Assembly: GCA_934254915.1 (NCBI GenBank)
Contig: CAKQMH010000003.1
Span: 25,793-89,792, forward strand
DNA: 64,000 nucleotides
Reading direction: 5' to 3'
Source: an uncultured Alphaproteobacteria bacterium
GTDB lineage: Bacteria > Pseudomonadota > Alphaproteobacteria > RF32 > CAG-239
Part shown: piece by piece, positions 18,993 to 26,847 of the stretch
Position numbering within the stretch: position 1 is the first letter of the stretch
Layout: each line of letters starts with the position of its first letter
Notes under the pieces: model-generated
Seen by the model: only the letters and a program-made list of their open reading frames with translations
Databases searched by the model: none
Told to the model about the DNA's origin: nothing
Program-made: the position numbers and the translations under genes

Positions 18993-19090
18993 TTTTGTTG
19001 TAAATGTATAAAATAAGCAAAATCAACCAGTTAATAAGTGGTATTATAATACCACTGTCTAATTATTTGTAAAATAATGAAATTTTGTTG

Positions 19091-19118
19091 TTGACTTTAG
19101 TTATCTTTCCTGTATATT
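19091..19118 (+). promoter_or_regulatory. Candidate sigma70 promoter for rplM-rpsI
   Basis: TTGACT at 19091-19096, a 16-nt spacer, then TATATT at 19113-19118, about 40 nt upstream of the rplM start. Confidence 0.35.
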
Positions 19119-19158
19119 CACAGCCGAATAATAACCTTCTTCAAAAAGAGAGAAAACT

Positions 19159-19623
19159 ATGAACACATATGCAACAAAACCCTCTGACATTCAGAGAAAG
19201 TGGTATGTAGTTGACGCTAATGGAGTTGTTTTGGGCCGTCTGGCTGCTGAAATCTCTAAACTCTTGCGCGGCAAACACAAACCCAACTATGTTACCAACC
19301 TTGACTGTGGTGACTATGTCGTTGTTATTAATGCTGACAAAGTTAAATTGACCGGCAAAAAACTGACCGATAAAAAATATTTCAAACACACCGGTTGGAT
19401 TGGCGGTATCAAGGAAACAACTCCGGCTAAGATTTTGGCTGGCAATTTCCCGGAAAGAGTTATCATCAAAGCTGTTGAACGTATGATTTCTCGTAACCCG
19501 ATGGGTCGTCAACAAATGACCAAGTTAAAAGTATACGCTGGTGAAAATCATCCTCACACAGCACAAAACCCTGAAGTTCTGGACATTGCTTCCATGAACC
19601 CGAAGAATAAAAGGAGCGCATAA
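19159..19623 (+). CDS. rplM: 50S ribosomal protein L13
   Basis: [20 protein letters not shown]... is a canonical L13 N-terminus. 154 aa. Confidence 0.95.
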   Translation: MNTYATKPSDIQRKWYVVDANGVVLGRLAAEISKLLRGKHKPNYVTNLDCGDYVVVINADKVKLTGKKLTDKKYFKHTGWIGGIKETTPAKILAGNFPERVIIKAVERMISRNPMGRQQMTKLKVYAGENHPHTAQNPEVLDIASMNPKNKRSA

Positions 19624-19625
19624 CC

Positions 19626-20114
19626 ATGGCTGAAAAAATCGAATCTTTAAAAGACATTAAGAGCGCATCGGTTAAAGTTGCTGCCGCAGAAACTGCCGAA
19701 GTTGTACGCAAAGCCAAAAAAGATAAATTTGGCCGTTCTTATGCAACCGGTAAAAGAAAAGATGCTGTTGCCCGTGTATGGATTAAACCCGGTAAAGGCA
19801 ATATCACCATTAACGAAAAATCAATTGACCAATACTTTGGTCGTCCGGTTTTGAAAATGATTATCAACCAACCTTTCGAAGTTGCTAACCGCGTAAATGA
19901 ATTTGACGTTGTTTGCACTGTAAAAGGTGGTGGCTTGTCTGGTCAGGCCGGTGCAATCAAACACGGTATTTCTAAGGCTTTGAATGAGTTTGAGCCGGAA
20001 TTGCGTGCCGTTTTGAAAAAGGCTGGCTTCCTTACCCGTGATGATCGTACGGTTGAACGTAAGAAATATGGTAAAGCTAAGGCTCGCCGTTCTTACCAAT
20101 TCAGCAAACGTTAA
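19626..20114 (+). CDS. rpsI: 30S ribosomal protein S9
   Basis: Ends ...[11 protein letters not shown], the canonical S9 C-terminus. 162 aa. Confidence 0.95.
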   Translation: MAEKIESLKDIKSASVKVAAAETAEVVRKAKKDKFGRSYATGKRKDAVARVWIKPGKGNITINEKSIDQYFGRPVLKMIINQPFEVANRVNEFDVVCTVKGGGLSGQAGAIKHGISKALNEFEPELRAVLKKAGFLTRDDRTVERKKYGKAKARRSYQFSKR

Positions 20115-20115
20115 T
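20082..20115 (+). repeat. Direct repeat copy A1 (rpsI 3' end)
   Basis: GCTCGCCGTTCTTACCAATTCAGCAAACGTTAAT recurs at 24434-24467 with 2 mismatches, including an exact 19-mer. Confidence 0.8.
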
Positions 20116-20148
20116 CTACGTTGCAAAAAAATATCAGATATTTTCAAT

Positions 20149-20178
20149 GGGTTGCAAGGAATTGCAGCCCATTTTTTT
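20149..20178 (+). terminator. Rho-independent terminator (imperfect) after rpsI
   Basis: GGGTTGCAAGGAATTGCAGCCC followed by ATTTTTTT. Confidence 0.45.
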
Positions 20179-20248
20179 GTGTATGCTCTTGCATTTTGCG
20201 TTTTTGCTACCTACCTAACTAAAAGATATAATTTTAACAAAAGGAGTA

Positions 20249-20713
20249 GTGATGATTGATAAAGAGATAATACCATTAAAAGCCACACGCAAATTACATA
20301 CGCTGTTTTTGCATAATAAAACCTTGTTACAAGATAAAATTTTGCAACAGAAAATAATTTCTTGGGCCGAAGATATGCTGGATGAAGCTCGCAACGCGTG
20401 GTTTGATACACATTCCACAACGATGGAGGCGATAATATCTTGCGCGCGCAAGCAGGAAGCTAAACGAAGAGCCGCAATCAAAGATAAAAAATATGCGCCG
20501 TTCAGAGAATATTTTAAGGATTTGCAATATAAAAAATTCAAGAGCTATCGCAAACAAGGAAAAACGCTTACGGCGAATGCATATGTTAAAATTTTTCTAA
20601 GGAAGAAAGACAAATTAGTGAAAATACCATATAAAAGCAGCAATGCGGAAAACAAGCTGTATCAGTTGGCCCAAGCCAATAATCGGGAATTTAAAAAAGC
20701 TTTTGCGATATAG
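20249..20713 (+). CDS. Hypothetical protein (island 2)
   Basis: 154-aa AT-rich, Lys-rich ORF followed by a strong terminator. No motifs recognised. Confidence 0.4.
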   Translation: MMIDKEIIPLKATRKLHTLFLHNKTLLQDKILQQKIISWAEDMLDEARNAWFDTHSTTMEAIISCARKQEAKRRAAIKDKKYAPFREYFKDLQYKKFKSYRKQGKTLTANAYVKIFLRKKDKLVKIPYKSSNAENKLYQLAQANNREFKKAFAI

Positions 20714-20736
20714 AAATAAAAGAAATTGGTAAGCCT

Positions 20737-20767
20737 AAGAGCCGCTTGACAAGCGGCTCTTATTATT
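20737..20767 (+). terminator. Rho-independent terminator
   Basis: AAGAGCCGC TTGACAA GCGGCTCTT followed by ATTATT. Confidence 0.6.
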
Positions 20768-20808
20768 ATATCTAATTGATAATTAGAATAGGTCAGAGTA
20801 AAAATAAA

Positions 20809-21321
20809 ATGGCAAAAAATAATAACTCCAAATATCTTAAAAGCGTTTTGCTGGTTCTCTCAACCTTAATTTTTCCTTTGCAAATTTTTAGCGTTGTTCT
20901 TTATTTTGTTCCTGCTTTATATACCTGTATTCTTGTGCCTTATTTTATATGGAAAATTTGGTTTGGTAAAGAAGGCCAAAAAATAAAAATATATTCTTTG
21001 TTTTGGAAAGTTCCCGTTATACTTTTTGTTGCATTTACCATATGTTACGTAGAGATATTGTTGCTTTTTATTATCTTTGCAACAGGAATGCCGTTGGTTG
21101 GAAAAATTATAATATTTGTCTTTTTGCTGTTTTTATTACGTTGTCTAGCCTATGCAATGATGATTTTCATATGGCAATCCGGTATTTTGAAACCATATAA
21201 GATATGGGGGTATGTAGGTGTAATATTATATTGTCTTGCAAATTCATATTTTATCTATTCTATTCAAAATGCTCCGGATACAGATGATTATAGCGTTCCA
21301 CTTTCAGAATATTTGAAATAA
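20809..21321 (+). CDS. Hypothetical polytopic membrane protein
   Basis: ORF track 20776..21321, probable start MAKNNNSKY. Four or five hydrophobic helices. AT-rich. Confidence 0.35.
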   Translation: MAKNNNSKYLKSVLLVLSTLIFPLQIFSVVLYFVPALYTCILVPYFIWKIWFGKEGQKIKIYSLFWKVPVILFVAFTICYVEILLLFIIFATGMPLVGKIIIFVFLLFLLRCLAYAMMIFIWQSGILKPYKIWGYVGVILYCLANSYFIYSIQNAPDTDDYSVPLSEYLK

Positions 21322-21331
21322 AAGGGAGATT

Positions 21332-21547
21332 GTGATGCACTCATACAAAGATACATTAAAAAATATTGGTAAAATTGTAAAAAAAATCTTTTTGTATTTG
21401 TTTTCGCTTATAATCATAGGAATTGTCGCCGGAATTTCGTTCTTTTTTATGGTGGAACAAAGCAACAAGCCGTGTGATGAGCAATTTATACATGGCTGTA
21501 TGGCGGCTGGTATGAGCGAACAAGCTTGTAAAGATAAGTTATATTAA
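21332..21547 (+). CDS. Small hypothetical membrane protein
   Basis: 71 aa with a single TM helix and a C-terminal Cys pair. Confidence 0.3.
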   Translation: MMHSYKDTLKNIGKIVKKIFLYLFSLIIIGIVAGISFFFMVEQSNKPCDEQFIHGCMAAGMSEQACKDKLY

Positions 21548-21623
21548 AAACAGAGCTTGTCAGAAATGGCGAGTTCTTTCTTAAAATGTTTAACTTTATG
21601 AATTTTTTAAGGATAAAACCAAG

Positions 21624-21920
21624 TTGCGGGTAACCGATGCTTATTCCCGTAGTATGGCGCAAAATCATATGACCCAAGATTTAAACCATGTCCGTAAGGA
21701 ATTTAGTGATTTTGATAATTTACCGCTACCGTTAAAAGAGGTATTGCTAGACATACAATATAATGTAAGAGGAGGAATAACTAAAACAAAATGGCCTAAT
21801 CTTTATGCCGCAATCGCTAACCGCGATGTTGATGGCATAATTAAGAATGTCCACCGTAAAGATATAGGGCAAGATCGGAATGATTGGGCAGAAAGAATGG
21901 CTCGTTCAATCAGATTCTGA
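21624..21920 (+). pseudogene. Phage-type (GH24/T4-like) lysozyme, C-terminal fragment only
   Basis: ...LPLPLKEVLLDIQYNVRGGITKTKWPNLYAAIANRDVDGIIKNVHRKDIGQDRNDWAERMARSI resembles the C-terminal helical lobe of phage lysozymes. The catalytic N-terminal E...D...T region is absent and no upstream frame supplies it. Confidence 0.45.
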
Positions 21921-22346
21921 TTCTTTATAATCAGGTGGAGTGGTGCAGTAATTACTCAAAGAAGCTAAATGAGGAAAATCTTTAGGCGTATCATAAGAAT
22001 ATTCTTCAATATGCAAACAGTTAGGCAAAAATTTTTCTTTAATTACATAGTTAAAATAGCCGCTATTTTTTGAACCGTCAAACCACTCACCATCACACTT
22101 TAAGGTAATGCGATCTTGTTCATTTTCGACAAGGTCGCATTTGCCAACATAATCTATTTTATCTTTATCAAACAATTGGCTGAATTTAACAGATGTTGGT
22201 GTTAAGTAAGCATAGCCTGTTGTTTTGCCTAATGGTCTCAAAAGTTGATTAAAAATCGGATTTTTAAATTCCTTATCATAGCCCTTAACTGAGCTGCACG
22301 CTGCAACCAATAATCCTAAAAACAACAATATCTTTTTCATCAACAC
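21906..22346 (-). CDS. Lipoprotein, hypothetical
   Basis: MLMKKILLFLGLLVAACSS: signal peptide with LVAAC lipobox. 146 aa. Confidence 0.5.
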   Translation of the reverse strand: MLMKKILLFLGLLVAACSSVKGYDKEFKNPIFNQLLRPLGKTTGYAYLTPTSVKFSQLFDKDKIDYVGKCDLVENEQDRITLKCDGEWFDGSKNSGYFNYVIKEKFLPNCLHIEEYSYDTPKDFPHLASLSNYCTTPPDYKESESD

Positions 22347-22508
22347 CTCACTATCTTAGTAGTTGTAATAATAATTTTACTATCACAAAAAGTCAATGCA
22401 AAATGTTGAAATCTTTTAATATATTTAATCAATAATATAATTTATAGACTCTAAGTCATTTTTATGCTAAACTTATATTATAGGTTGAGTTCACGAAAGG
22501 ACTGCGCG

Positions 22509-23471
22509 ATGGAAGAAGACGATGAAAAAAAGCCGGATGACGGCGAAAATAAAGAGCAACTTAAAGCGCGCAAAAAGAGAAAACGCAAAATTCGTCGTGG
22601 TAAAGCTCTCATTGGTATGGGCAAAGTAATTACCGGCACCGGTAAGGCGGTTGCTTTTGGCGGTAAAGCCACCAGAGCTATGGGCAAAGCGGTATCCGCC
22701 GCCGGTAAAGCTTTGGTTAAAGTTTCGCAAGCAATGCGCAAAGCCGGGCAAGCTATCATTCGATCCGGTGCTGCTTTGGTTAAAGCTGGTGTCGCCGCTT
22801 GTTCAACCGGTATAGGAGCGTTGGCCGGCGTTCCCATGATTGCAGCCGGTTCTGCTATGGTTGCCGTTGGTGCGGCCACCGTTGCGGCCAGTATCCCCAT
22901 AACCTTAGCCGGACATGCTATGGATATCGCCGGACGCGCTGTCCAAAAAGTCGGTAATATGATTGAAAAAATGGGAAAAATGATTCAAAAACCCGGTAAT
23001 GAGCTGCAAAGAAGAGGGCAGGAGATTTGCCGCAGCGCCGGTAAAGAGGTTCAGATTGATGTTCCGCAACAAACCAATGAAAACAGCCGTAGCGATGGTG
23101 ATAACAGTAATGATCGGGGGGTGAGCCTTGCCAATCTGGCAACTTTAGTTATGGCTCTGTCGGGGCGTGATTCAGCACGTGAAAACAAACTTTCAACTAC
23201 CGGTAATGAAAAACAGCCACAAAAAACCACTGAGAATAAGGAGCAAAACAAGCCGGTTACGGTTGAAGAAAATGCACCCTCATCATCAAACGAGCCTAAC
23301 CAAAACGATTCTAATTCTAATCAGCCGAACTCCAATAAACAGGCTAAGCGTTTGTTACAGTTGCGCGGAATGACGCCCAAAGGCAGCAAACGAAAAACTT
23401 CCCCGTCTCCGCAACGGCAACAATCTATATCCCCGTTGCAGATAACGCAGGGACGCGGAGGCGGAAGATAA
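22509..23471 (+). CDS. Repeat-containing protein with basic NLS-like motif, heptad GKAxxxx repeats, hydrophobic segment and N/Q/S-rich tail (candidate host-targeted effector)
   Basis: The probable start MEEDDEKK at 22509 follows an AAGGA Shine-Dalgarno sequence (ORF track 22464..23471). The motif KARKKRKRKIRRGK is followed by a degenerate 7-aa repeat array (GKALIGM GKVITGT GKAVAFG GKATRAM GKAVSAA ...). After the repeats come an Ala/Gly-rich hydrophobic stretch and then a low-complexity N/Q/S/P tail. Confidence 0.5.
   Translation: MEEDDEKKPDDGENKEQLKARKKRKRKIRRGKALIGMGKVITGTGKAVAFGGKATRAMGKAVSAAGKALVKVSQAMRKAGQAIIRSGAALVKAGVAACSTGIGALAGVPMIAAGSAMVAVGAATVAASIPITLAGHAMDIAGRAVQKVGNMIEKMGKMIQKPGNELQRRGQEICRSAGKEVQIDVPQQTNENSRSDGDNSNDRGVSLANLATLVMALSGRDSARENKLSTTGNEKQPQKTTENKEQNKPVTVEENAPSSSNEPNQNDSNSNQPNSNKQAKRLLQLRGMTPKGSKRKTSPSPQRQQSISPLQITQGRGGGR
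22599..22800 (+). repeat. Degenerate 21-bp tandem repeat array (encodes the heptad repeats)
   Basis: ggtaaagctctcattggtatg / ggcaaagtaattaccggcacc / ggtaaggcggttgcttttggc / ggtaaagccaccagagctatg / ggcaaagcggtatccgccgcc ... Confidence 0.6.
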
Positions 23472-23535
23472 AAATTATCATGTCCGTTAAAATGCCACCT
23501 TTTAAAAATATCACCTTTGAAAAATCTCGTTTGAT

Positions 23536-23759
23536 TTAAGCGGCTTGTTTCCAGCGGCCATTGGCGTCTTGTTGCCAATAAAAACATTCATGCCCTTTTT
23601 TCTTGAGTTCTTTCCAAAAAGCACGGGCTTGCATTAATGCCGCTTCTGAATTGCCGTCAAATATATTAAACACGCGCTCAAAGTTGCCTAATTCGTCGAC
23701 TTTTGCTTCTGCTCCGTCCACCAAAAACAGCAGTCTTGCCAAATTAGGATTATCATCAC
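23536..23759 (+). repeat. Direct repeat copy B1 (holC 3' end, about 224 bp, about 97% identical to 25018-25241)
   Basis: Base-by-base comparison shows 5 mismatches in the first 45 nt, then identity up to ...attatcatcac, after which the flanks diverge. Confidence 0.8.
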
Positions 23760-23814
23760 TGTAAAGCAAACTATAACGCTGCGACAAGAGGTCCTTTAGG
23801 ATATAACACGGCAA
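23536..23814 (-). pseudogene. Duplicated 3' fragment of holC (DNA polymerase III chi subunit)
   Basis: The C-terminal 75 aa are nearly identical to the C-terminus of full-length holC at 25018..25473. The N-terminal 17 aa are unrelated. Confidence 0.6.
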
Positions 23815-24039
23815 AATATTTAGGTGATACGAAAGAAAAGTTTGATTTTTATTGGAATCAATTATATAAAGGTAAAAGCGAACAAGAAACTATAGACGAC
23901 AGAAATCATGATTTAGGTGTTAATGCAATAGGAAGATTGAGAGGAGATTCTGGACTATATAATAGTGCACAAGATGCGTGTGCAGATTATCGCCTGAAGA
24001 ATCCATCATTTCCTAAAAAATATTGGTAGTGATAATCAA

Positions 24040-24423
24040 ATGTTTCATTCAAAAATTTTCAAACTTTGTTGTTTAATAGTTATCAGTTGTTTTGCAATTT
24101 GGAAAATATACATTTTTTTGGAGCAAAATAGTTGTTTAGATAACGGAAATGTTTGGGATTATCAAGAAAATCGTTGTCGTGAAGATTGTTTAGTCTGGAA
24201 TAAAATAAACGGTTGTATAAAAATGACGGCTGAACAAGTAAAAATATTCAAAGATTGCCGCCATAAAGAGGTAGGTTGTGTTTCCAAAAAAGTTTTTGAT
24301 GAAATATGTTTGAACAACAATATGCCGTTAAATAAAAAAACAGGAGAATGTGATATAGAGTTTACATTAGATAAATGTTATAAACTCGGTGAAAATTGGA
24401 TTTATCCAACAACCTGTAAATGA
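24040..24423 (+). CDS. Cys-rich small secreted or membrane-anchored protein (immunity-protein-like)
   Basis: 127 aa with a hydrophobic N-terminus and 12 Cys. It begins 10 nt after an upstream start-less toxin-like fragment. Confidence 0.4.
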   Translation: MFHSKIFKLCCLIVISCFAIWKIYIFLEQNSCLDNGNVWDYQENRCREDCLVWNKINGCIKMTAEQVKIFKDCRHKEVGCVSKKVFDEICLNNNMPLNKKTGECDIEFTLDKCYKLGENWIYPTTCK

Positions 24424-24433
24424 ATGAATATAA

Positions 24434-24467
24434 GCTCGTCGTTCTTATCAATTCAGCAAACGTTAAT
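24434..24467 (+). repeat. Direct repeat copy A2 (duplicate of rpsI 3' end)
   Basis: GCTCGTCGTTCTTATCAATTCAGCAAACGTTAAT matches the end of rpsI at 20082-20115. It is followed by a separate strong terminator. Confidence 0.8.
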
Positions 24468-24493
24468 ATTTGCGAGAATTACAAAATTCGGAA

Positions 24494-24520
24494 AGAGGCA
24501 ACATTTTGCCTCTTTTTTTT
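24494..24520 (+). terminator. Rho-independent terminator (likely the ancestral rpsI terminator)
   Basis: AGAGGCAA CATT TTGCCTCT followed by TTTTTTT. An A-run follows, so it may act in both directions. Confidence 0.65.
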
Positions 24521-24684
24521 GTAAAAAAAATATGTTATAATAAACTTAGTAAAAATATTATTATGCTATATCATTATTAATCTTCATATTCTTTTGAACA
24601 TGGTTAATTTGATATTCGGCTTAGCATAATAATTTTAAAAATAAAAAATTATGAATCCGGAGCCGAGGTTCAAATAAAAAGATT

Positions 24685-24921
24685 ATGAAAAATTTTGTAA
24701 AAAAAGCTATCCTTTGGATAGATGAGAACCCGTCTTGTACTATGTTTTTGCTTTTCACAATCGGTTTAATTGTGGCTTGCATTAAATGGGAAATCATACC
24801 TGGTATTCTGTTCATTCCTGCTACAATTACGATTGTATTAGATATTTTCATAATAGCAATATGCTTGGCAATGGCAAACAAAAAGCTATGGAATCGCATT
24901 ATGTCCTGGGGTAGAAAATAA
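24685..24921 (+). CDS. Small membrane protein, hypothetical
   Basis: 78 aa with two TM helices, followed by a perfect hairpin terminator. Confidence 0.35.
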   Translation: MKNFVKKAILWIDENPSCTMFLLFTIGLIVACIKWEIIPGILFIPATITIVLDIFIIAICLAMANKKLWNRIMSWGRK

Positions 24922-24923
24922 AA

Positions 24924-24968
24924 GAAAACGTGCATCTCTGATTTTTCAGAGAGCACGTTTTCTTTTAT
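24924..24968 (+). terminator. Rho-independent terminator
   Basis: GAAAACGTGCATCTCTGA TTTT TCAGAGAGCACGTTTTC followed by TTTTATT. Confidence 0.6.
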
Positions 24969-25017
24969 TAATCTTAACACCGGCAAAGTTTAACTCTTAA
25001 AAATATTTCCTGCCCAA

Positions 25018-25473
25018 TTAAGCAGCTTGTTTCCAGCGACCATTGGTATCTTGCTGCCAATAAAAACATTCATGCCCTTTTTTCTTGAGTTCTTTCCAAA
25101 AAGCACGGGCTTGCATTAATGCCGCTTCTGAATTGCCGTCAAATATATTAAACACGCGCTCAAAGTTGCTTAATTCGTCGACTTTTGCTTCTGCTCCGTC
25201 CACCAAAAACAGCAGTCTTGCCAAATTAGGATTATCATCACCGCTGGTCAGCCAAATCGGCTGCAATTCAGCGTTACCGTCTTTCTTGCTGCCATGGGGT
25301 AAGAATGATTGGTCGTTATATGTCCATAGCAGGGCATTCAGAAATTCAACACGTTCATCGTTTCCGACTTTTACGATAATGCTTTTTTTAGTTTCATAAG
25401 CCTTTTCCAATAGTTTGGGCAATACCCCGTCCAAACTTTGGCTTTGCAAATGATAAAAATCAACTCTGGTCAT
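25018..25473 (-). CDS. holC: DNA polymerase III subunit chi
   Basis: 151 aa. MTRVDFYHLQSQSLDGVLPKLLEKAY...LLWTYNDQSFLPHG is typical HolC. Confidence 0.8.
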   Translation of the reverse strand: MTRVDFYHLQSQSLDGVLPKLLEKAYETKKSIIVKVGNDERVEFLNALLWTYNDQSFLPHGSKKDGNAELQPIWLTSGDDNPNLARLLFLVDGAEAKVDELSNFERVFNIFDGNSEAALMQARAFWKELKKKGHECFYWQQDTNGRWKQAA

Positions 25474-26846
25474 TTTTTTTCCAATTTCACTGCCACAAAA
25501 TGGGGGACGTTATTATCTTCAATCAACAACAATACCGGACGGTGGTTTTCCGCCCTGGCATCAGCAATATATGTTCTGACATCATTAAGGTCAAAAACCG
25601 TTTTCTTGTCAATTTGGGTGATAATGCTGCCTTTTTTTAATCCTTTATTTTCCGCATCACTTCCAGATTTAACTTCGCTGATTATGACGCCGCGGCCGGC
25701 TGAGGCCGTTTGTTTGTCATCAGCCGACAGTTCCTCAAGGCGTAAACCCAATTCATTAAAATTGCTGTTGTCGGTTGGTAAAGTCGCTTTGATACGCGGT
25801 GCTTCTTCTTTATCTTCCGGCATTTTTTCAATCGTAACGATTTTATCGATTTCTATTTCTCCGCGTTTGATTTTCAACTTTACTTTTTGTCCGATTGCCA
25901 ATTCGGCAATCGTGAGTGACAGCTCTTTGGTATCTTCCATGATTTTGTTATTGACGCTTAGGATTATATCTCCGGCTTCAATTCCGGCTTTAGCCGCACC
26001 GGATCCGACCGTAACATCCGAAATAATAACCCCGTGTGCCGCCGAATTATTGCTGCCTTCATAAGGTTGAATTTTAATGCCGATCCAACCGCGCTCAACT
26101 TTGCCTTTTTCCAACAATTGATTGATAACAAATTTTACGGTGTTAACCGGCATTGCAAAACCGATACCCATATTTGTTCCCGTGGTCGAAAAAATCGCCG
26201 TGTTGATACCGATTACTTCTCCGTTCAGGTTAAACATCGGCCCGCCCGAACTTCCTTGATTGATTGAGGCATCGGTTTGTAAAAAATCATCATAAGGACC
26301 GGCTTCAATATCACGTGATTTGGCTGAAATAATGCCGGCTGACACACTTCCGCCCAACCCGAAAGGACTGCCGATTGCCAAAACCCAATCTCCGACCCTC
26401 ATCTTATCGGAATCACCGAAATGTGTCGTCGGCAATTTGTCCTTAACGTCTATTTTGAGCAGTGCAATATCGGTTTTGGCATCGCTGCCGATTATCTTTG
26501 CCGTATAATGTCGTTTGTCATTTAAGGTAATGTTTATTTCATGTGCATCTTTAATGACATGGCGATTGGTGATAATAAAACCGTTTTCCCGAATGATAAA
26601 ACCTGAGCCTAGCGAAATATGCTGCGGGTTTTCTGAAAACAAAAATCGTTCTTCAGGCAGCAGGTGCGGATTCTGTTCCAGAAAATCATCATTATTTTCG
26701 GCCAATGAGGTGGTCGAAACATTAACCACGGCGGGTTGTAATTTTTCCACCAAATCCGCAAAAGACGGAAGCTGCTGCGCTCTGACCGTCAGGGCGCAGC
26801 AAAGTCCGCCGATAATTAAGCCTAATGCCAAACTTTTTTGCCGCAT
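25470..26846 (-). CDS. degP: Periplasmic serine endoprotease DegP/HtrA (trypsin-like plus two PDZ domains)
   Basis: GNSGGPMFNLNGEVIGINTAIFS active-site block and HV...D...IALLKI. The probable start MRQKSLALGLIIGG (signal peptide) at 26846 sits 1 nt from the hflC stop. The ORF track extends to 26987. Confidence 0.85.
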   Translation of the reverse strand: MRQKSLALGLIIGGLCCALTVRAQQLPSFADLVEKLQPAVVNVSTTSLAENNDDFLEQNPHLLPEERFLFSENPQHISLGSGFIIRENGFIITNRHVIKDAHEINITLNDKRHYTAKIIGSDAKTDIALLKIDVKDKLPTTHFGDSDKMRVGDWVLAIGSPFGLGGSVSAGIISAKSRDIEAGPYDDFLQTDASINQGSSGGPMFNLNGEVIGINTAIFSTTGTNMGIGFAMPVNTVKFVINQLLEKGKVERGWIGIKIQPYEGSNNSAAHGVIISDVTVGSGAAKAGIEAGDIILSVNNKIMEDTKELSLTIAELAIGQKVKLKIKRGEIEIDKIVTIEKMPEDKEEAPRIKATLPTDNSNFNELGLRLEELSADDKQTASAGRGVIISEVKSGSDAENKGLKKGSIITQIDKKTVFDLNDVRTYIADARAENHRPVLLLIEDNNVPHFVAVKLEKK

Positions 26847-26847
26847 A

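Noticed and set aside
22478-22900. ORFs 22478..22900(-) and 22491..22751(-) antisense to the repeat protein
   Set aside because: These are Ala/Pro-rich mirror frames of the GKA tandem repeats. They are a repeat-induced artefact.
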